64,000 nucleotides of DNA from Candidatus Latescibacterota bacterium (GCA_965205975.1 OZ242195.1:3072001-3136000); one strand, 5' to 3'; counted from the first letter of the stretch, positions 27,571 through 39,075 are shown. The notes: a model not told the origin generated them from the sequence alone. Program-made: numbers and translations.

Positions 27571-29259
27571 TCAAAGATATCGTTTGATGAGATCGGCAAT
27601 ATCCCCATATCCTTTTTTCTCTGCCCAGGCGAGTGGCGTTGCCCAATCAGCACCCGCCAGCGTGGGATCGGCGCCGCGCTCGAGATAGAGACGCGCGAGA
27701 TCGTATTTACCCCAGCGCACAGCCCAGCCAAGCGGTGAAGATTGCAAAAGCTCATCAATCACATTGAGATCTGCACCATAGTCGAGCAGAATTGTCGCAA
27801 AGGTGACACGCTCAGGCTCAGTCATAATCACCTCTCCCCACACAACACCGCAGGCCGCCAGATGATGGGCAAGGCGATACCCGAAACGCCCGACCAGATT
27901 GGGACTGACGCCGTGATCGAGAATCATGCGAAAAATCTCGGGATAGACCGTGCGATCAAAATCCCGGAACTTGCGATGAGGGTGCGTGCGCCACAGGCGA
28001 ATGGGTTGCTCGAGCAAGCCAAACCAGCGACCGTCATCGGGAGCCCACTTGAGTTGACGCAAACACATCCCCACAATATTGGGATCGCCCCCACAGCCCG
28101 CAGCCCACAAAAGCCTTTCCGCAAGCGAAGAATCATTGTGAAGCGCAACCGCAGCGGCAGACGTCTCACCCTCAAGCCCAGCAGTGATGTGATCCAAAAC
28201 CCCGCCGTATCTAAACAGCAACCCCTTCATCTTATCGTCACGATTATTATACGCAGCCGCTATGGGATTGCCACTCGCATAAATACTCGCATTGGGATCG
28301 GCACCGCGCTCGAGCAGAAGCTCAGCAATCTCATACTGCGAGTGCCCAGCCGCATGAGCCAGCGGTTGGCCCCATGAATAGGGCTTAGACTCATAGTGAT
28401 GAAGTTGATATCTATCGTCGGGATCGAGCCCCAAATCCAGCAGCATACGCACCATATCGAGATTGTCACTTTGCACAGCGATCTGCAAAAGACCGTCTCG
28501 CTCGCTATCATTGGACTGAAAGCGTTCGGGATGTTGTCTCTCATACTCGCGAACAAAACCAAGATCCCCAAGCGCGACAGCAGATTCAAGCGACTGCTCG
28601 CAACCGGCCTGAAGGAGAATACCCGCACAAATCAAACACCCCTCGTTGAGCGGCCTGTTGCGACCGCGAATATTGTGAACAGCACCATCCAGAGGCGATT
28701 GACCCTCGGGCGTGAGATGCGTGATATCCGCACCGCGCTTGAGCAGATATTGAACAAGCTCGTAATTTCCAAGAGATGCACCAGTGTGAATCACACTACC
28801 GCCATTGCGATGGCAGGCGTTGATCAAATCGGGATTCTTATAGAGAATTTCCACGGTCTCCATCATCCGCCCCTCACGAATAGCCTCAAAAAGCGCGTCA
28901 TTCTCCTCCGTAATGGTAATATTCTCACAAGCCGCGAGTTTGCGTTTCTCATCCTCCTCTCGCAAAATCTCAACAATATCATCCATGCCGCGTTCATCCG
29001 CCATGGTAAGCGCGTCCGTAGCATCGCGGTGGGGATAAATACCCGACGTGTGATCTGCACCCGCTTCCATCAGAACGCGCACTGCATCTGCGTGCTGATT
29101 CATAACCGCGTAATGAATGGCGAGGTGTTCGTTGTTTTCGGCCATATGCACGTTGACCAGATCGGGTTGCACATCGAGAATCTGACGAATTTTGGCGACA
29201 TCGCCCTCACTCGCCGCCTCACATAAGTCGGCGACTTGATAAGTTCCATTTGTATCCAT
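27571..29259 (-). CDS. Ankyrin repeat protein
   Basis: Repeated LLERGADPN / PLGWAV / TPLAWA motifs. Confidence 0.9.
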   Translation of the reverse strand: MDTNGTYQVADLCEAASEGDVAKIRQILDVQPDLVNVHMAENNEHLAIHYAVMNQHADAVRVLMEAGADHTSGIYPHRDATDALTMADERGMDDIVEILREEDEKRKLAACENITITEENDALFEAIREGRMMETVEILYKNPDLINACHRNGGSVIHTGASLGNYELVQYLLKRGADITHLTPEGQSPLDGAVHNIRGRNRPLNEGCLICAGILLQAGCEQSLESAVALGDLGFVREYERQHPERFQSNDSERDGLLQIAVQSDNLDMVRMLLDLGLDPDDRYQLHHYESKPYSWGQPLAHAAGHSQYEIAELLLERGADPNASIYASGNPIAAAYNNRDDKMKGLLFRYGGVLDHITAGLEGETSAAAVALHNDSSLAERLLWAAGCGGDPNIVGMCLRQLKWAPDDGRWFGLLEQPIRLWRTHPHRKFRDFDRTVYPEIFRMILDHGVSPNLVGRFGYRLAHHLAACGVVWGEVIMTEPERVTFATILLDYGADLNVIDELLQSSPLGWAVRWGKYDLARLYLERGADPTLAGADWATPLAWAEKKGYGDIADLIKRYL

Positions 29260-29409
29260 ATTGGTTCCTTTCCCAAATGTCAGTACACAACATCTCCACG
29301 TTTTCTATGATGAAAATTATAGTGAACATTTGTATATCTGTCAAGGGGAGTTCTGCATCACTATTCACATTACTCAATCGACAAATCAAAGCGTTGACCA
29401 CGCGACATC

Positions 29410-30975
29410 TCACAGATCCGAAAAACTGACCAATTTGTCCTTGAGACGCCGGGAATATGTGACAAAATTGGAGAGCGTACCGGCATCGCGCCTGTCCGGT
29501 TGCGCCAATAGCGGCAGCAACTCGCGGTTGATCTCGTCCAAAAAATCCTGAAGCTCTTCGGCTCTTTTTTCAACATTGACCTTGGACTTCTCCTCCAGCG
29601 ACTTGCGGATATCCTCGAACAAAGCCAATGTGTGCCCGGAAAGTGTTCTGACCATCAATAAAATATCGCTCTCCAACTCCACATAGTACATGTTCAACGC
29701 TTTCTTGGTATTGAAAATATCGTCTATTGAATCGTATATCTGGAAGAGATAATCAAACTGGGTATGCAACTTGAGCAAATCTCGGGATTCGCGTTCATGG
29801 GTAATGGATATGACAGCTTGAGAAAAGTAGCTCACGTATTCCTTCTCCAAAAAGTTGACGTATTCCATGCGCTTGGCAGACGCATCAAAGATACCGCGGT
29901 AATTAGACTCGATACTCAGCGTAACGAGATTGTAGCTTTCCTGCAAAAAGGAAAGGAGATCAACGAGATTTTGGCGCAGTTCGGATTTTACTTTCTTAAA
30001 AGCGACTTGCTCATCAAACGCGGGAATGGCCAATCGCTCGAAATCCATCTCGTCCTCCCCCAAAAGCATATCGATCAGCCGCGTGAAAGGCGTAATCAAA
30101 AGAATAAAAATCAGACTGGTCACCACATTAAATACGAGGTGTATATTGGCCAATGCGATCGCGGGATTGGTGGAAAATTCATTCAGTCTATCGCCAAAAA
30201 GCAAAAGGACAGGTAAAAAAAGCAGCACACCGCCCACATTAAAGAAAAAATGGGAAAGCGCGGTCTTCCTGGCGGCAAAATCCATGTGTACCATCGCGAG
30301 CAATGCCGTCGCTGTGGTGCCGATATTGGCCCCAATAATGATGGGCACCGCATTTTCAAGGCTCAACAACCCCTGTTGTGTAAATACAATTGCCAGACCC
30401 GTCGTCACCGAACTCGATTGCACCGCAGCCGTAAACAGACAACCCACCAGAATCGCGAGCAGCGGGTTTTGAGGATTTATGAGATATTGAGTAAACGTGG
30501 GATCATTCTGGAGAGGACCGAGTGAAGAAGAGATCAGATTGAGGGTAAAAAAGACAAAACCAAAATAAAAAATAGACTTGCCGAAAATGGCAACTCTCGA
30601 CCGAACAAAAGAAAGAGCAAATCCCAGAATAATAAATACGGGTGCAAACGCAGTGAGCTTAAAGGCGACCAGTTGAGCCGTAATCGTGGTACCGATATTC
30701 GCCCCGAAGATAATACCAACGCTGCTCTTGAACGAGAGCACGCCCGCATTGACCAGACCCACGGCAATCACCGAGGTCGCAGAACTCGACTGAATCACAG
30801 CGGTTACGAGCGCGCCGATGAGCACACCTATAATTGGAATTCTGGTCGCCCTGGCGAGAAATCTTCGGAATTTCTCGCCAGAAACCTGTTCGATCTCCGC
30901 GGAAAAATTCTCCAATCCAAAAATGAAGAGAATAATCGCCGTCAGCCCGGCCATAATAACAGGGAGATATTCCAT
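29410..30975 (-). CDS. Na/Pi cotransporter family protein with C-terminal PhoU-like domain
   Basis: Two QSSS and GANIGTT repeats. Confidence 0.9.
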   Translation of the reverse strand: MEYLPVIMAGLTAIILFIFGLENFSAEIEQVSGEKFRRFLARATRIPIIGVLIGALVTAVIQSSSATSVIAVGLVNAGVLSFKSSVGIIFGANIGTTITAQLVAFKLTAFAPVFIILGFALSFVRSRVAIFGKSIFYFGFVFFTLNLISSSLGPLQNDPTFTQYLINPQNPLLAILVGCLFTAAVQSSSVTTGLAIVFTQQGLLSLENAVPIIIGANIGTTATALLAMVHMDFAARKTALSHFFFNVGGVLLFLPVLLLFGDRLNEFSTNPAIALANIHLVFNVVTSLIFILLITPFTRLIDMLLGEDEMDFERLAIPAFDEQVAFKKVKSELRQNLVDLLSFLQESYNLVTLSIESNYRGIFDASAKRMEYVNFLEKEYVSYFSQAVISITHERESRDLLKLHTQFDYLFQIYDSIDDIFNTKKALNMYYVELESDILLMVRTLSGHTLALFEDIRKSLEEKSKVNVEKRAEELQDFLDEINRELLPLLAQPDRRDAGTLSNFVTYSRRLKDKLVSFSDL

Positions 30976-31054
30976 TGCTCTCCACCTTTCTCATTGACCC
31001 AAAATTTGAATCCGTTAGCAGGCTAAATTACGCTAAGGATCTGAAATTAAACGC

Positions 31055-32908
31055 CTATACGTGTTCTACTATCATCTCGTCCGGCTCGTGCAAGCGCGGT
31101 TCTGGTGCAACCTCGTCGGGTCTGTGTGTCTGGTGTACATACATGCGCCAGTACACACCTTTTTGTGCAACCAACGCATCGTGTGAGCCTTGTTCTACAG
31201 CCTGCCCTTCGCTCATGACGAGAATCTGGTGTGCATTTTCCGCTGTGCGCACCCGGTTCGTAACAATAATTATTGTTTGCTTTTCAAATGCCTTCTCAAT
31301 ATTTTCAAAAAGCAATTCTTCAGCTTCTTCAGAAAGTGCGGAAACCGAGTCATCAAAAACAAAAATAGCCGGGTCGCCCAAAAGTGTGCGTGCTATGGAA
31401 ATGCGTTGCACAACATCTTGAGACAGCGACTCACCACCTTTTCCAATCGGTGTATCATATCCCTTTGGCAGTTCGAGGATCGCATCGTGAATGCCTGCAA
31501 CCTGTGCGACGTGTTCAATAGCAGACCGTTCGATATCTGGATCTCCAAAAGCGATATTTTGCGCCACAGTTCCCGAAAATATGCGTGCTTCTTGACTCGC
31601 CATGCCAATCTGTTCGCGCAGGTCTTGAAGATTGAGCGTGCGTATATCCAGTCCATCGATCAACACCCGGCCTTCGGTGGGATCGTAAAAGCGCGATAAC
31701 ACATTCACCACAGCCGTCTTGCCACATCCACTTGGCCCCAATACAGCAAGTGTCCGGCCTGCGGGCAAATGAAAATTTACATCTCGCAATGCAACAGGTC
31801 CACCCTCGATGTAGCGCAGCGATACATTCTCAAAAGTAATATCTCCCCGTAAAGTATCTACAACCATACCCTCCCCATCGTCTGACAGATCATTTTCCAT
31901 GTCGAGCACGTCATAGATGCGCTCCAAAATGATGCGGGTTGTCTGAAGCTGAACATTGGTATTTGTCAACGCAGTAATGGGTCCAAACAGCAGGGCGGTC
32001 ATCTGATAGACAGCGAGGACTTCGCCGAGTTTCATAGCCCCGTCCTGCAATTGCAAGAAGCCATATAGCAATATGCCGGTTGCGCCCAATCCACTTATGA
32101 TCATCAGGGTAACGCTCAGGCCAGTGTTCAAAGCATTTTGTCGAAAACCAATCCGTAAATTCTGCTGCAGCCGCTTGAAAAAGCGCGTTGATTCTGCTGC
32201 TTCCTGGGCATAGTGTTTGATAGTCGCAACATAAGTCAATTTTTCTTCAATCAGCGATTGCAACTCTGCATTGGCATTTCTCATCTCCTCTGTATTTTTC
32301 CGCAGGGGACTCATAAATAGCATTGCGCCAGTCGCATAAAAAGGCAATACACCCAGTGCCATAAGGGTCATTGTCGGACTGATATTCCAGAGCAAAACAA
32401 GCCCCACAATAAGGGTCACAAACTGAGTCGCCACATTGACCGGCAGATTCACGGTATTGGTCTGTGCGCTATTGGCATCATCCATTACGCGCACCATCAA
32501 CTGCCCGGTTGAATATTTGTCAAAATACGAGAGCGGCAGATTGCTGAGTTTTGTCTGTACCTGTGACCGCAATCGAAACAAAACGCGCTGTCCTGCCGAG
32601 GATGTTAAATATCCAGAAATGCCACCAAATCCAGCCGTTCCAAACCGCAGTGATAGGCTAATGGCCAGAAAGATCCACAGCCCTTCAAATTTATCCTCAG
32701 TACTCACAGGCGACTGGCTCTGCTCTGGTTGCACAACTGCGACATTGCCTGGCCTTGCAACCTGGAGAACATCATCAACCAGCCATTTACCCAACAAACT
32801 GAATCCATAAGGCGCTTGATTAGCCGTCACGGTCAGCAAGAATGCCAGCAGCAGTTTTCCCCAGTGTCTCAGTACGTATTCCTTATAGAACCGTCTAATC
32901 AGTTTCAC
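31055..32908 (-). CDS. ABC exporter half-transporter (TMD+NBD), degenerate NBD
   Basis: Walker A GPSGCGKT; signature LSQDV; Walker B FVFDD. Confidence 0.85.
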   Translation of the reverse strand: MKLIRRFYKEYVLRHWGKLLLAFLLTVTANQAPYGFSLLGKWLVDDVLQVARPGNVAVVQPEQSQSPVSTEDKFEGLWIFLAISLSLRFGTAGFGGISGYLTSSAGQRVLFRLRSQVQTKLSNLPLSYFDKYSTGQLMVRVMDDANSAQTNTVNLPVNVATQFVTLIVGLVLLWNISPTMTLMALGVLPFYATGAMLFMSPLRKNTEEMRNANAELQSLIEEKLTYVATIKHYAQEAAESTRFFKRLQQNLRIGFRQNALNTGLSVTLMIISGLGATGILLYGFLQLQDGAMKLGEVLAVYQMTALLFGPITALTNTNVQLQTTRIILERIYDVLDMENDLSDDGEGMVVDTLRGDITFENVSLRYIEGGPVALRDVNFHLPAGRTLAVLGPSGCGKTAVVNVLSRFYDPTEGRVLIDGLDIRTLNLQDLREQIGMASQEARIFSGTVAQNIAFGDPDIERSAIEHVAQVAGIHDAILELPKGYDTPIGKGGESLSQDVVQRISIARTLLGDPAIFVFDDSVSALSEEAEELLFENIEKAFEKQTIIIVTNRVRTAENAHQILVMSEGQAVEQGSHDALVAQKGVYWRMYVHQTHRPDEVAPEPRLHEPDEMIVEHV

Positions 32909-34674
32909 GCCCCCTCCTCCACACTGTATTGTAGCTCAAACAGATTGCGATAATGTCCACCTTCAATCGCCATTAATTCGTCGTGTGTTCCAGACTCCAC
33001 TATTTTTCCATTTTCAATCACGGCAATGATGTCGGTTTCACGAGCGACACCCAGGCGACGCGCGACTGTCAGAATGGTCGTGTCTGGCAAATACTCAAAG
33101 ACGGCATTTAACACTTCGGTTGCACTTTCCGGATCTAAAGCAGCTATGGCCTCATCGAGAATCAGTATTTTGGGTTTTACAACCAGTGCCCGAGCAATGC
33201 CCAGACGCTGTCTTTGTCCCGCAGATAATCGAATCCCGCCTGGTCCTACAGGTGTTTCTATCCCCTCACTGAGTTGTGCTACAAGGCCATCCAACCCAAC
33301 AACCTTCAACACTTCCTGTAATAACTCCTCGCTTGCATCCGCTTTTCCATAAGTCAGATTGTCTCGAATCGTACCTCTAAAAATCCCAGTGGAATCGCGC
33401 ACCATAGGCACCTGTTGTTGATAATGCACCACATCGTATTCACGCACATCGCGGTCATTGACCAAAAGGTGTCCATCTTTCGGGTCAATCATTCTGCGGA
33501 TTGCACCGAGCAAAGAGGTTTTACCCGAAGCAGGCGGTCCAACAAGCGTCAGATTCTCTCCCGGGTCAATATCCAGATTCACACCGTTGAGCACGACCTG
33601 CCCATCTTCGGGATCGCTGTATTTGTATCCATTCATTTTTATGTTTACGTCAGCCCCATCTTTTAATTTTGCGCCCGATGTGTGCTCAATCTCCGGTGAT
33701 TGTCCAAATAGTTCATTCACGCGCCCAATATTTACAAGGGACTGAGCCGCAGCCTGGAGCATCTTCACAAAACGAACCACAGGGCCCATCAACTGATTTG
33801 AATAGGCCGCAAATGCAATTACATCACCATATTGGATCTCACCCTTTAAAAACAAATACACCGATGCTACATAGATACATGTTGCACCGGTGCCGTTGAT
33901 AAATGTCGTTGCCTGTGTAAATCCCATATTATAGACAATACCGCGGAGTGCTGTATCGCGACTTGCCCGCAACCGATCTCGGAAATGCAATGTGGATTCG
34001 TCTTCCTGGGCGTAACTCACCACGAGGTCATGGCTTGCCAGCCTTTCCTGGAGCATGCTGCTGACGTGATCCATGTGTCCCCGCAGTTGCACATTGTTGG
34101 ATTGTATGCGCCCGGTGAACAGTTTGTAATTCAGATAAAAAATGGGCACAAGTGCCAACGAGACCAGTGTCAATTTGCCGCTGATCTCGATCATGACAGT
34201 AATTGCAAATATTGCAGTGATTATATCGATCACCAGATTGATCAAATGCCCGGTCACCAGGTTTTGAACCGCGCCCACATCGCCCATCAGCCTTTGCATC
34301 AGGGAACCCGTGGGTGTCTTGTCGTGAAAACGCAGAGGCAGATGCAACAAGTGTTGATAAAGATCATTGCGGATGCTGGCAACGATACGCCTGCCTACAA
34401 TCGCAATAGCACGCGCGTTCATATACGTCATTCCCGCTCGCAGCAGTGTGATACCAAATAACGCACCGATCAATAATGGCAGCAATCCATACTGCCCATC
34501 TGAAGCCACATCATTGACCAGCCGACGCATCACCAGCGGCGGCAACAACCCAATCACCGTCAGTACACCAGCGAGAAGCAGTGCCCAAATAAATTTCCAT
34601 TTAAACGGTTTGAGGTACGGCCACAAATCCCCGATGCTTTTGATCAAACCCTCTTGTTTATTCTTTTTTGCCAT
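32905..34674 (-). CDS. ABC exporter half-transporter (TMD+NBD)
   Basis: GPPASGKT, LSAGQRQR, ILILDE; 4-nt overlap with its partner. Confidence 0.9.
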   Translation of the reverse strand: MAKKNKQEGLIKSIGDLWPYLKPFKWKFIWALLLAGVLTVIGLLPPLVMRRLVNDVASDGQYGLLPLLIGALFGITLLRAGMTYMNARAIAIVGRRIVASIRNDLYQHLLHLPLRFHDKTPTGSLMQRLMGDVGAVQNLVTGHLINLVIDIITAIFAITVMIEISGKLTLVSLALVPIFYLNYKLFTGRIQSNNVQLRGHMDHVSSMLQERLASHDLVVSYAQEDESTLHFRDRLRASRDTALRGIVYNMGFTQATTFINGTGATCIYVASVYLFLKGEIQYGDVIAFAAYSNQLMGPVVRFVKMLQAAAQSLVNIGRVNELFGQSPEIEHTSGAKLKDGADVNIKMNGYKYSDPEDGQVVLNGVNLDIDPGENLTLVGPPASGKTSLLGAIRRMIDPKDGHLLVNDRDVREYDVVHYQQQVPMVRDSTGIFRGTIRDNLTYGKADASEELLQEVLKVVGLDGLVAQLSEGIETPVGPGGIRLSAGQRQRLGIARALVVKPKILILDEAIAALDPESATEVLNAVFEYLPDTTILTVARRLGVARETDIIAVIENGKIVESGTHDELMAIEGGHYRNLFELQYSVEEGA

Positions 34675-34690
34675 ATCACGCCTTTTTGCT

Positions 34691-35740
34691 CTATTCTGCG
34701 ATCTTCTTTTGACGCGCCTGCATCAATTCATCACGCCTTTGTTTTGCCAATTCTCTCATGTCCTCAACTTCATCAAATTCATCGACGATTTCCTGGCCCA
34801 GCATTTCTTCCAGCACATCTTCCAGGGTCACCACGCCAGCTACACCGCCAAATTCACCCAACACCACAAACATATGCTGCTTGCGTTCGAGAAACTGTCG
34901 AAGCAATTGATCCAGCGGCAGGTCATCTGCTACAAAATGCACCGGATGTATCAGGTTGATTAGTTTCTTGTCAAATTCGTCCTGCCCAATAGCATTCAAG
35001 ACCTCTCGCCGATGTGCAATGCCTACAATGTCCTCGCTATCTTTGTCGTAAATGGGCACGCGACCATGTACCCAATTTCCCGCTTCGTCTCGAATATCTC
35101 CCACGGTAAGCTGACCGCTCTTTGAGAATATGACAATGCGGGGTGTCATGACTTCCACAACTTTTTTCGATTTTAACGCGATGATATTTGTGATGGCATC
35201 CACTTCGTCTTTTTCGAGCACGCCCGTTTGTCCACTCAACCGTATCATAACCTGGAGTTCGTCTTCTGAAATACGCTGCTCCTGATTGCGCTTTGAAATC
35301 AGCCGTGTAAGCTTGCGTGTAAACCAGACCAACGGCGACATCACTGTCACCAGCAGTTGTAATGGTCTTGCAATAAATCCCGACAAGGGGCGGCAATAGA
35401 CAACGCCCGCTGTCTTGGGAAACACTTCGGAAAACATTAAAATCAGCAGCGTAAATACAGCCGAAAAATAGACGACATTCGATGGACCAAATACTTTTAG
35501 TGCTACAGCACCTGCTACTGCAGCACCGGCTGTATTGGCAATCGTATTGAGAGAAAGAATCGCTGCAATAGGTCGATCAACCTCTTTGCGCAATCGCTGC
35601 AAGATCCTGCCCGATGCACGCCCTTCCTGAGCCAGAGATTCGATATGACTAATAGGTACTGAGTATAAAATTGCCTCAAACAGTGAACACATCGCCGATG
35701 TGCCTACAACAACCATTACAATGATGATCAATTCAATCAT
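34691..35740 (-). CDS. CNNM/DUF21 plus CBS (hemolysin/CorC-like) membrane protein
   Basis: CSLFEA, ILSLNTIANTAG, SEVFPK, VMTPR, GVVTLEDVLEE; start MIELIII chosen over the upstream ORF start. Confidence 0.85.
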   Translation of the reverse strand: MIELIIIVMVVVGTSAMCSLFEAILYSVPISHIESLAQEGRASGRILQRLRKEVDRPIAAILSLNTIANTAGAAVAGAVALKVFGPSNVVYFSAVFTLLILMFSEVFPKTAGVVYCRPLSGFIARPLQLLVTVMSPLVWFTRKLTRLISKRNQEQRISEDELQVMIRLSGQTGVLEKDEVDAITNIIALKSKKVVEVMTPRIVIFSKSGQLTVGDIRDEAGNWVHGRVPIYDKDSEDIVGIAHRREVLNAIGQDEFDKKLINLIHPVHFVADDLPLDQLLRQFLERKQHMFVVLGEFGGVAGVVTLEDVLEEMLGQEIVDEFDEVEDMRELAKQRRDELMQARQKKIAE

Positions 35741-35847
35741 AGGACCCCCGATATCTAATTCAATACTCCAACCAGATCGCAAACCAATCACTACATCTGA
35801 ACCTATCGCAAGTTATCATTGGCGCATAATGATTTCAACCTTTTTTT

Positions 35848-38220
35848 TTATTCACAGCGCAATATATCAACGGGATTGGCACGCGCTGTTTTCCATGCGA
35901 GGCATCCTGCTGTAAAAACAGCTATAAAAAGCAGAATCGCTATACTGAAAAGAAACGGCCAAACCGCGAGATCGATCTGATAGGCAAAATTCTGCAACCA
36001 ATCTCGCATCAAAAAATATCCAACCGGACAAGCAAGCACACTCGCGAACACAGCGAGCCTGGCAAAATCCCGGCTAATCAAAACCACAAGATGGGATGCC
36101 GAAGCACCCAGCACCTTGCGAATACCAATTTCACGGGTGCGCTGTTCAGCGGCAAAAGCCGCCAGACCCGCCAGACCCAAACAGGCCAGCACAATGGCGA
36201 CAATTGCAGACCGCGTAAAAATGTGCCCCTGGCGTTGTTCTCGTCGGTATTTAGAATCAATATAATCGTCGATAAAAAAGAATTCAAAAGGCCGCGTCGG
36301 GATAAAATGCATCCAGGTCTCTTCGACAAAAGCCATCGTCTCCCGAATACGGTCGGGTTTAATCTTGAGATGCAAGTATTTCAAATCCGCACCCGCCGCA
36401 GACAAAACCACAGGCCCCAGAGGCTCTCTGAGAGAACGCACATGAAAATCTCCCATCACGCCAATAACCTGCGCGGGTCTCTCCCCAATCATCAGCATAC
36501 ACCCCAGAGGATCTGCCCAACCAAATCGCTTTACAGCAGTCTCATTTACCACCACCTGAATCGCGGCTGCGTCCTCTGTCACCTGCTCCGCATAAGCCTG
36601 TGAAAAACTTCGACCCGCGAGCATCGGAATATTGTAACACGTAAGAAAATTCTCATTCGCCCGAAAAACGCGCACTTCAACCTCTCGATCAGGCATTTCA
36701 ATATCCGACGCAAAACGTCGGCTCGGCCAACTGTGCCCGGGCAAATCGGAACTCGTACCCGCTGCAATAATATTGGGATGCTGAAGAAAACGCTGTTTGA
36801 CCGCATTATACTGACCATTTAAGCGAACTTGCTCCGAATCCGGACCAAAAATTTTCACCACGACAATCTCATTGCGATCAAAACCCAGGTATTTACTCTG
36901 CACCAGATCCATCTGCTGATAGACCACGAGCGTAGATGCAATGAGAATCGCAGACACCGCAAATTGCACCACCACGAGACCTTTGCGCAACCAGAGATCT
37001 CCTGGAAGCCTGTTGCGCAGCCCCTTCAGCGCATCAACGGGCTGCTGCGCCGAAAGATAAAAAGCGGGATAACTCCCCGAAACCAGAGCAGTAACCAGCG
37101 CAATGCCCCCAATCCACAAAACATGATCAAAAATATTAAAGACAAGCGGTTGCCCCATCAGACCTGAAAATTGGGGCAAAAGCAACACCGTCAAACCAAA
37201 AGATACGGGCAGAGCAACCCCGGTAAACAACACAGACTCGCACAAAAACTGCCCCATAATATGTTGCCGGCGCGCCCCCGCAACCATTCGCAGACCAATT
37301 TCGCGGGCGCGAATAGCTGATCGCGCAGTAGCCAGATTCATAAAATTGATACAGGCGATGAGCAAAATACCCACGCCCAGAACAGACAGGGGATAGAGAT
37401 CGCGGACATCCCGATACGGCATCCCTCCATCACCCGTAAAACCCGCCAGATCAATCCTGGAATACAGATGGATGCGCGGCAGAGCCTGGAGATGATAAGT
37501 CGCCTCCGATTCAGAGGGAAAATGCACGGCAAGCGCATGCTCAAGAGCCTCAACATCTGCATCGGGACGCAAACGCACGTAAATCGGCGCAGCGCGTATA
37601 GCCCAGTTATCGGACGCAAAAAACGTCACACTATCAAACTCCAACCGCGTATTGGGAGGACGATCTTTCATCACGGCAACAACCGTAAACACCTGCTGAT
37701 AGGTCTCGCGCTGCACCTCAACAGTGCGACCAATGGGGTCTTTATGACCATAGAGCTTATCGGCAACACCCTGCGTTAAAACAATGGACGCATCTCGACG
37801 TTTGAGCGCAGTCGCATCCCCTCGAATAATATCCAGACCAAAAAAATCCACAACATCGCCATCAACTGGACAAAGGCGCTGTTGAAACAATCGGTCCTCC
37901 GCGCGAAACCAGGACGTGATGCGGCGGAACTGAACAACCGCCTCGACCTCGGGATATTCATCGCGCAAATGCATGGCAATCTCTGAGGGAAGAGCACCGC
38001 GCCATTCGACTTGCCCCCGCGCGTTTAGATCCCTCTTCATAATCCGATAGACGCGATCGGCGTGGGGTCGAAAGGCATCGTAGCTCATCTCGTAGCGAAT
38101 AGAAAGCACAATGAGCACAGCACACGTCAATCCAATGGCAAGACTACTCAGACTGATAAACGCATAGAACTTGTGACGCATCGCGTTGCGAATCGCAACT
38201 GTCAAAAAATTGTAGAACAT
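35848..38220 (-). CDS. FtsX/MacB-type ABC transporter permease
   Basis: IACINFMNLATARS, REIGIRKVLGAS, ANPVDILR. Confidence 0.9.
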   Translation of the reverse strand: MFYNFLTVAIRNAMRHKFYAFISLSSLAIGLTCAVLIVLSIRYEMSYDAFRPHADRVYRIMKRDLNARGQVEWRGALPSEIAMHLRDEYPEVEAVVQFRRITSWFRAEDRLFQQRLCPVDGDVVDFFGLDIIRGDATALKRRDASIVLTQGVADKLYGHKDPIGRTVEVQRETYQQVFTVVAVMKDRPPNTRLEFDSVTFFASDNWAIRAAPIYVRLRPDADVEALEHALAVHFPSESEATYHLQALPRIHLYSRIDLAGFTGDGGMPYRDVRDLYPLSVLGVGILLIACINFMNLATARSAIRAREIGLRMVAGARRQHIMGQFLCESVLFTGVALPVSFGLTVLLLPQFSGLMGQPLVFNIFDHVLWIGGIALVTALVSGSYPAFYLSAQQPVDALKGLRNRLPGDLWLRKGLVVVQFAVSAILIASTLVVYQQMDLVQSKYLGFDRNEIVVVKIFGPDSEQVRLNGQYNAVKQRFLQHPNIIAAGTSSDLPGHSWPSRRFASDIEMPDREVEVRVFRANENFLTCYNIPMLAGRSFSQAYAEQVTEDAAAIQVVVNETAVKRFGWADPLGCMLMIGERPAQVIGVMGDFHVRSLREPLGPVVLSAAGADLKYLHLKIKPDRIRETMAFVEETWMHFIPTRPFEFFFIDDYIDSKYRREQRQGHIFTRSAIVAIVLACLGLAGLAAFAAEQRTREIGIRKVLGASASHLVVLISRDFARLAVFASVLACPVGYFLMRDWLQNFAYQIDLAVWPFLFSIAILLFIAVFTAGCLAWKTARANPVDILRCE

Positions 38221-38226
38221 GGAAAC

Positions 38227-39075
38227 TCAGGGAAAACGACCAGCGTGTTGATAAACGCGGTCTCCGTGTGCCATAAGCATCTCATTCTCTTCTGGCGCAG
38301 GTGCCCGCCAATCATCCAACAGTGAAAAATCGTGCTCAAGCTCCGCCCGGTCATTAGGCGCTGCAATGGCGATGGCGACAGAGGGATAGGCCAGTGCAAA
38401 GCGGTACCACTCTTTTGCAGGTGGCGGTATAAAATTGGGTGGATCATCCGGCGTGGGCTTCATCAGAGCGCCCCATCGCAGACAGGTATAAACAACCACC
38501 GGAATACTGATCGGATCGGTCAACGGGAACACATCCTCTTCTGCCCCCCGGTGGGCGGCATTGTAGCGGAGCATAAGCATATCCAGAGGGCGGGACTCAA
38601 CCTGTTCAGATGCTCTGAGTTCACCTGTAGCAATGCGCGCGGCCATATTGCGCTGGTGGCTGGTAAGGCCCAGAAAGCGCAACTTACCCTGCTCTTGGGC
38701 GCGAGCCATAGCTTCATAAGCGCCCCCTTCAGACGCAATATCGCACCATTCGCCCTCGCTCTCCACATAGTAAAAAGTCACAACATCTATATAATCGGTA
38801 TTCAGTTCACGCAACGCATCTTCAAGCTCTCGTTCCGCACCTGAAGCAGTACGGGACTTGAGCTGCCATGCCAGCACAATCTCCTCCCGCTCCACCCCCA
38901 TACCCGCAACAGCGCTACTCAAACCATCGGGACGACCGCACCAATTGAGATAATTGACACCGCGCTCAACTGCATAACGGACATCGGCAGGGGACAGGTG
39001 GGTATTGCCCCTCGTAGCCAGACCCAGGCGACAAAGAGGAGGTGTGTTGTCGTCAAATTGAAAGGTACGTCGCAT
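38227..39075 (-). CDS. Aldo/keto reductase family protein
   Basis: LRELNTDYID, GKLRFLGLTSH, RYNAAHRGAE; likely start MRRTFQ. Confidence 0.75.
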   Translation of the reverse strand: MRRTFQFDDNTPPLCRLGLATRGNTHLSPADVRYAVERGVNYLNWCGRPDGLSSAVAGMGVEREEIVLAWQLKSRTASGAERELEDALRELNTDYIDVVTFYYVESEGEWCDIASEGGAYEAMARAQEQGKLRFLGLTSHQRNMAARIATGELRASEQVESRPLDMLMLRYNAAHRGAEEDVFPLTDPISIPVVVYTCLRWGALMKPTPDDPPNFIPPPAKEWYRFALAYPSVAIAIAAPNDRAELEHDFSLLDDWRAPAPEENEMLMAHGDRVYQHAGRFP

